Of a DNA stretch of 57,647 nt, positions 55,514 to 57,647 are shown one piece after another. Each line of letters starts with the position of its first letter. Within the stretch, counting starts at the first letter, position 1. The DNA comes from a virus. Its lineage: Duplodnaviria > Caudoviricetes. Made by a program: the position numbers and the translations under genes. A model generated the notes under the pieces. It saw only the letters and a program-made list of their open reading frames with translations. It had not been told where the DNA came from and did no database searches. The stretch spans positions 1-57,647 of IMG/VR virus record IMGVR_UViG_3300017752_000012, one strand, 5' to 3'.

Positions 55514-55957
55514 TTAGCCTTCGTTGATCGCTGTGATAACTTTGGTAAAATACTGTGATGCTTTACCAGTCAGCTTGCCAATGATTTCCTCATCGACTTC
55601 TTGACCTGCATCACCAAGTGCGGCGATAAGTGCTTCTGCAGCTGCTGCTTTAGATACTCTTGTGCCTCCACCTGTAGAACCGCCACTAGATTTAGTAGCA
55701 GGTGTTTTCTTAACATAAACGCCAGCTTTGGTTAAGATCATGCGAACACCATTTGGTGATTCGTCTAATTCTTCTGCAATATCTTTTACAATCTCCATAC
55801 TGGTCTCTGGAGTTGGTTCTGCTTCTTCATACATTGATACTGCTTGTGCTTTCTTATCGTCGTCCCACGCCATTTTGCGCTTCCTCTTGTTAGGTTGTTT
55901 AGATCCTGGGCAAGTACCCAGAGCTTTAAGTTGTGAAAGGTAGAATCGTTCCGACAT
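55514..55957 (-). CDS. D3: T5 D3-like protein (second in-frame start at 55873)
   Basis: SMEIVKDIAEE...PNGVRMILTKAGVYVKK...R.SKA...II.KLTGKA. Confidence 0.82.
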   Translation of the reverse strand: MSERFYLSQLKALGTCPGSKQPNKRKRKMAWDDDKKAQAVSMYEEAEPTPETSMEIVKDIAEELDESPNGVRMILTKAGVYVKKTPATKSSGGSTGGGTRVSKAAAAEALIAALGDAGQEVDEEIIGKLTGKASQYFTKVITAINEG

Positions 55958-55984
55958 TGGTTATTCCCCTAAATTTGAAATGAT

Positions 55985-56014
55985 ATTATACGGCAATTTA
56001 AGGACTTCTGTCAA
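55985..56014 (-). promoter_or_regulatory. Sigma70 promoter for D3
   Basis: TTGACA 56014-56009, 18-nt spacer, TATAAT 55990-55985. Confidence 0.85.
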
Positions 56015-56024
56015 GAAGTATTTT

Positions 56025-56744
56025 TTATAACCTGTCAATTCTTACCCCGTACTGTTTCAAATGTTCTAGCTTACATAATTCATATGCAGGAACATATGCA
56101 GAGAAACCCCCTGCTGTTACATTTGAAAAGAAAGTATCGTCGCTGTCAACCTTCTGTTTAATATATACTGCATATACGGGACAGCCATACTTACTATCAT
56201 AGTTGGTATTTCCTAGACCTTTCTTGCTTGCAATGTATTCGGGGGTGAGTCGTGCGTGTACTTCTACCGCGGCATGATATGTCGCCGACCACGCAACCTC
56301 CCCTTCCGCATAGTCATCTGACAAGAGAGCATCCGGATAATAGTGCGACCCAAGTTTTTCTTCTTTATTCGCAGGACGCTGGGGTACACCGACCGTCTCG
56401 AGTAATGTACGAACAAAGGAAGGACTTCTGAAAAGGGACTTAGAAATCTCTGAAATCGTCCCGCCTTGCAGGTAGCTTTCGCAAGCCTCCGCAATTTCAG
56501 CTTGAGACGCGGGTCGACCCCGTAGCTTTTTCTTGCGTTGTGCAGTGTATGCTTTCTTTTCATGGTACTCCTCAATAATCTTATTTAGCCTAGTAGTATT
56601 ATAGGCTATGTTCAGAATATCACACGCTTCCTTTTTTGTTATAGGTTTCTGAGAAGAACTGGGGTTTAGAAGCCCTATTACCTTCTCTATGTTTTGAGTC
56701 GATAAGTTCTCGTAATCCTTCTTTTTTACTACTTTCCGCGCCAT
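56025..56744 (-). CDS. D2: T5 D2-like HTH protein
   Basis: TKKEACDIL.I, KKK.RG, YL.G..ISEI....RS, YEL..L.HL...GV. Confidence 0.8.
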   Translation of the reverse strand: MARKVVKKKDYENLSTQNIEKVIGLLNPSSSQKPITKKEACDILNIAYNTTRLNKIIEEYHEKKAYTAQRKKKLRGRPASQAEIAEACESYLQGGTISEISKSLFRSPSFVRTLLETVGVPQRPANKEEKLGSHYYPDALLSDDYAEGEVAWSATYHAAVEVHARLTPEYIASKKGLGNTNYDSKYGCPVYAVYIKQKVDSDDTFFSNVTAGGFSAYVPAYELCKLEHLKQYGVRIDRL

Positions 56745-57006
56745 ACTCTAACTCCAATAATAATTCGCAATAATGTATAATTTTCTTTATGTCCTCTGCA
56801 CCGTTCTTAGCTCGATGTCGAGTCGCATACTTTATTATGTTTCCTTCGATGTATCCTAAACCATTTGCGTGTATATACTCTAATGGTTGTATAGGCAGAT
56901 CGTAGTGCGATCCACCTTCTTGCCGCTCTAACGGTCTTTGTTCTTCGTGATCTTCTGCTACCCACACTGGTAATTCTCCTGAACTTGCAATGTTCTTCAT
57001 TTTCAT
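56620..57006 (-). CDS. DUF3310 / T7 gp1.7-like protein
   Basis: QEGGSHY...IQP.EYI..NGL...EGNIIKY..R...KNG.EDI.K..HY. Confidence 0.8.
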   Translation of the reverse strand: MKMKNIASSGELPVWVAEDHEEQRPLERQEGGSHYDLPIQPLEYIHANGLGYIEGNIIKYATRHRAKNGAEDIKKIIHYCELLLELEYGAESSKKEGLRELIDSKHREGNRASKPQFFSETYNKKGSV

Positions 57007-57605
57007 TATTTGGCTGTGATCCGTTTCTCGTAGTCTGCATAGTCATCACTCCACCAGGGTGGTCTTTCTCGATGCTTCCACTCTGCAAACGTACCCTTGT
57101 CGAGGTGATAGTAATCACGATACGACTGGATTGGATTGTCATAGTCTTTTAACTCGTCTGGCATAGCTAGACCGAAAGTAGTAAACCCCTTGCGAGGCAT
57201 ATTCTCAGGCTCAGGTAGTTTGTTTACTACTTGTGCAATTGACTTGTGGTCTTTACCATAGCGATAACGATACTCTTCATTCAAAGCATTACCATAGCAG
57301 TGAGTCCACTCAAAATTATCTAGTGATGAACGTACCCAGATTGTGCAAGGGTGATTGTACATCATTGGCAGATAAGGTGTGAGTGGTCGCTCTTCTGGTG
57401 GAAGATGCTTGATTTCTTTCTTCAAAGCGTTTAGATGATCTCTCTCGTCTTTCTCAAGAGCGCGGGGTATAAAGCCTAGATGCTTGTCAACCCATATGGC
57501 TGTACATAGCAACTGTGCTACCTCAAGAGGCATCTTCACGATATGCTTGTCTACATGATACTCGGCACACTTGTCGAGATCTTTGTCAAGGTAAAATAAA
57601 TTCAA
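57006..57605 (-). CDS. Pyrimidine-dimer DNA glycosylase / endonuclease V-like family protein
   Basis: MNLFYLD, H.DKHIVKM.LE.AQLLCT, NHPC..W.R.S, EY..RY...H, AMP, YR.YY, P.WW. Confidence 0.75.
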   Translation of the reverse strand: MNLFYLDKDLDKCAEYHVDKHIVKMPLEVAQLLCTAIWVDKHLGFIPRALEKDERDHLNALKKEIKHLPPEERPLTPYLPMMYNHPCTIWVRSSLDNFEWTHCYGNALNEEYRYRYGKDHKSIAQVVNKLPEPENMPRKGFTTFGLAMPDELKDYDNPIQSYRDYYHLDKGTFAEWKHRERPPWWSDDYADYEKRITAK

Positions 57606-57632
57606 TGCTTTTCTCCGTAAATTTAGACAACT

Positions 57633-57647
57633 ATTATACTAAACTTC
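57633..57647 (-). promoter_or_regulatory. Partial sigma70 promoter (-10 only; -35 outside the window)
   Basis: TATAAT at 57638-57633, upstream of RBS GGAG and the TTG start, in the same context as the other promoters. Confidence 0.5.

Noticed and set aside
53770-56025. Recurring ~45-nt similar intergenic sequences considered as CRISPR repeats or mobile elements
   Set aside because: They are irregularly spaced, separated by whole genes, and fully explained as sigma70 promoters.
56620-56744. 125-nt overlap between DUF3310 and D2 as a dual-coding region
   Set aside because: The DUF3310 domain ends at about LELEYG, where D2 starts. The rest looks like run-on to the next stop.
151-57142. Many short ORF-track entries antisense to, or out of frame within, long genes (e.g. 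14163-14618, 29856-30251, 37773-38273, 47863-48342, 56807-57142)
   Set aside because: They are shadows of well-supported genes, with no RBS, promoter or recognisable motif.
1-57647. tRNA genes, integrase/att sites, or an alternative genetic code
   Set aside because: Intergenic gaps are short with no cloverleaf seen, there is no recombinase, and genes translate fully in the standard code using all three stop codons.

Overview
A 57.6-kb segment of a lytic, T5-like (Demerecviridae-related) tailed phage. The host is probably a Gram-negative bacterium, possibly aquatic (inferred from sigma70 promoters, Sec signal peptides, phoH and a UV-repair glycosylase). The + strand (1-36051) carries the end of a tail-fibre/adhesin module and a promoter-driven six-gene operon of exported or membrane proteins. 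That operon includes a fimbrial-pilin-like subunit and a PapD-like chaperone-like protein but no usher. It is followed by terS, a block of very basic mini-proteins and small membrane proteins, terL, and a T5-syntenic head-tail module: nicking endonuclease, portal, fused protease-capsid, neck, tail tube, insertion-expanded p140, tail chaperones with a probable +1 frameshift, tape measure, Dit and a 3547-aa hub/fibre. The - strand (36062-57605) is the T5-syntenic replication module (D2, D3, PC4-like, split NAD ligase, D5, D6, primase, Pol A, D10-D15), plus phoH, a SAM methyltransferase, nrdA-trx-nrdB and a DenV-like glycosylase. Nine near-identical sigma70 promoters and several terminators are visible. 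I found no tRNA, CRISPR array, integrase or intron. The best candidate for an undescribed system is the usher-less pilin/chaperone/envelope operon at 1412-4584. All family assignments come from motif recall and synteny, not database searches.
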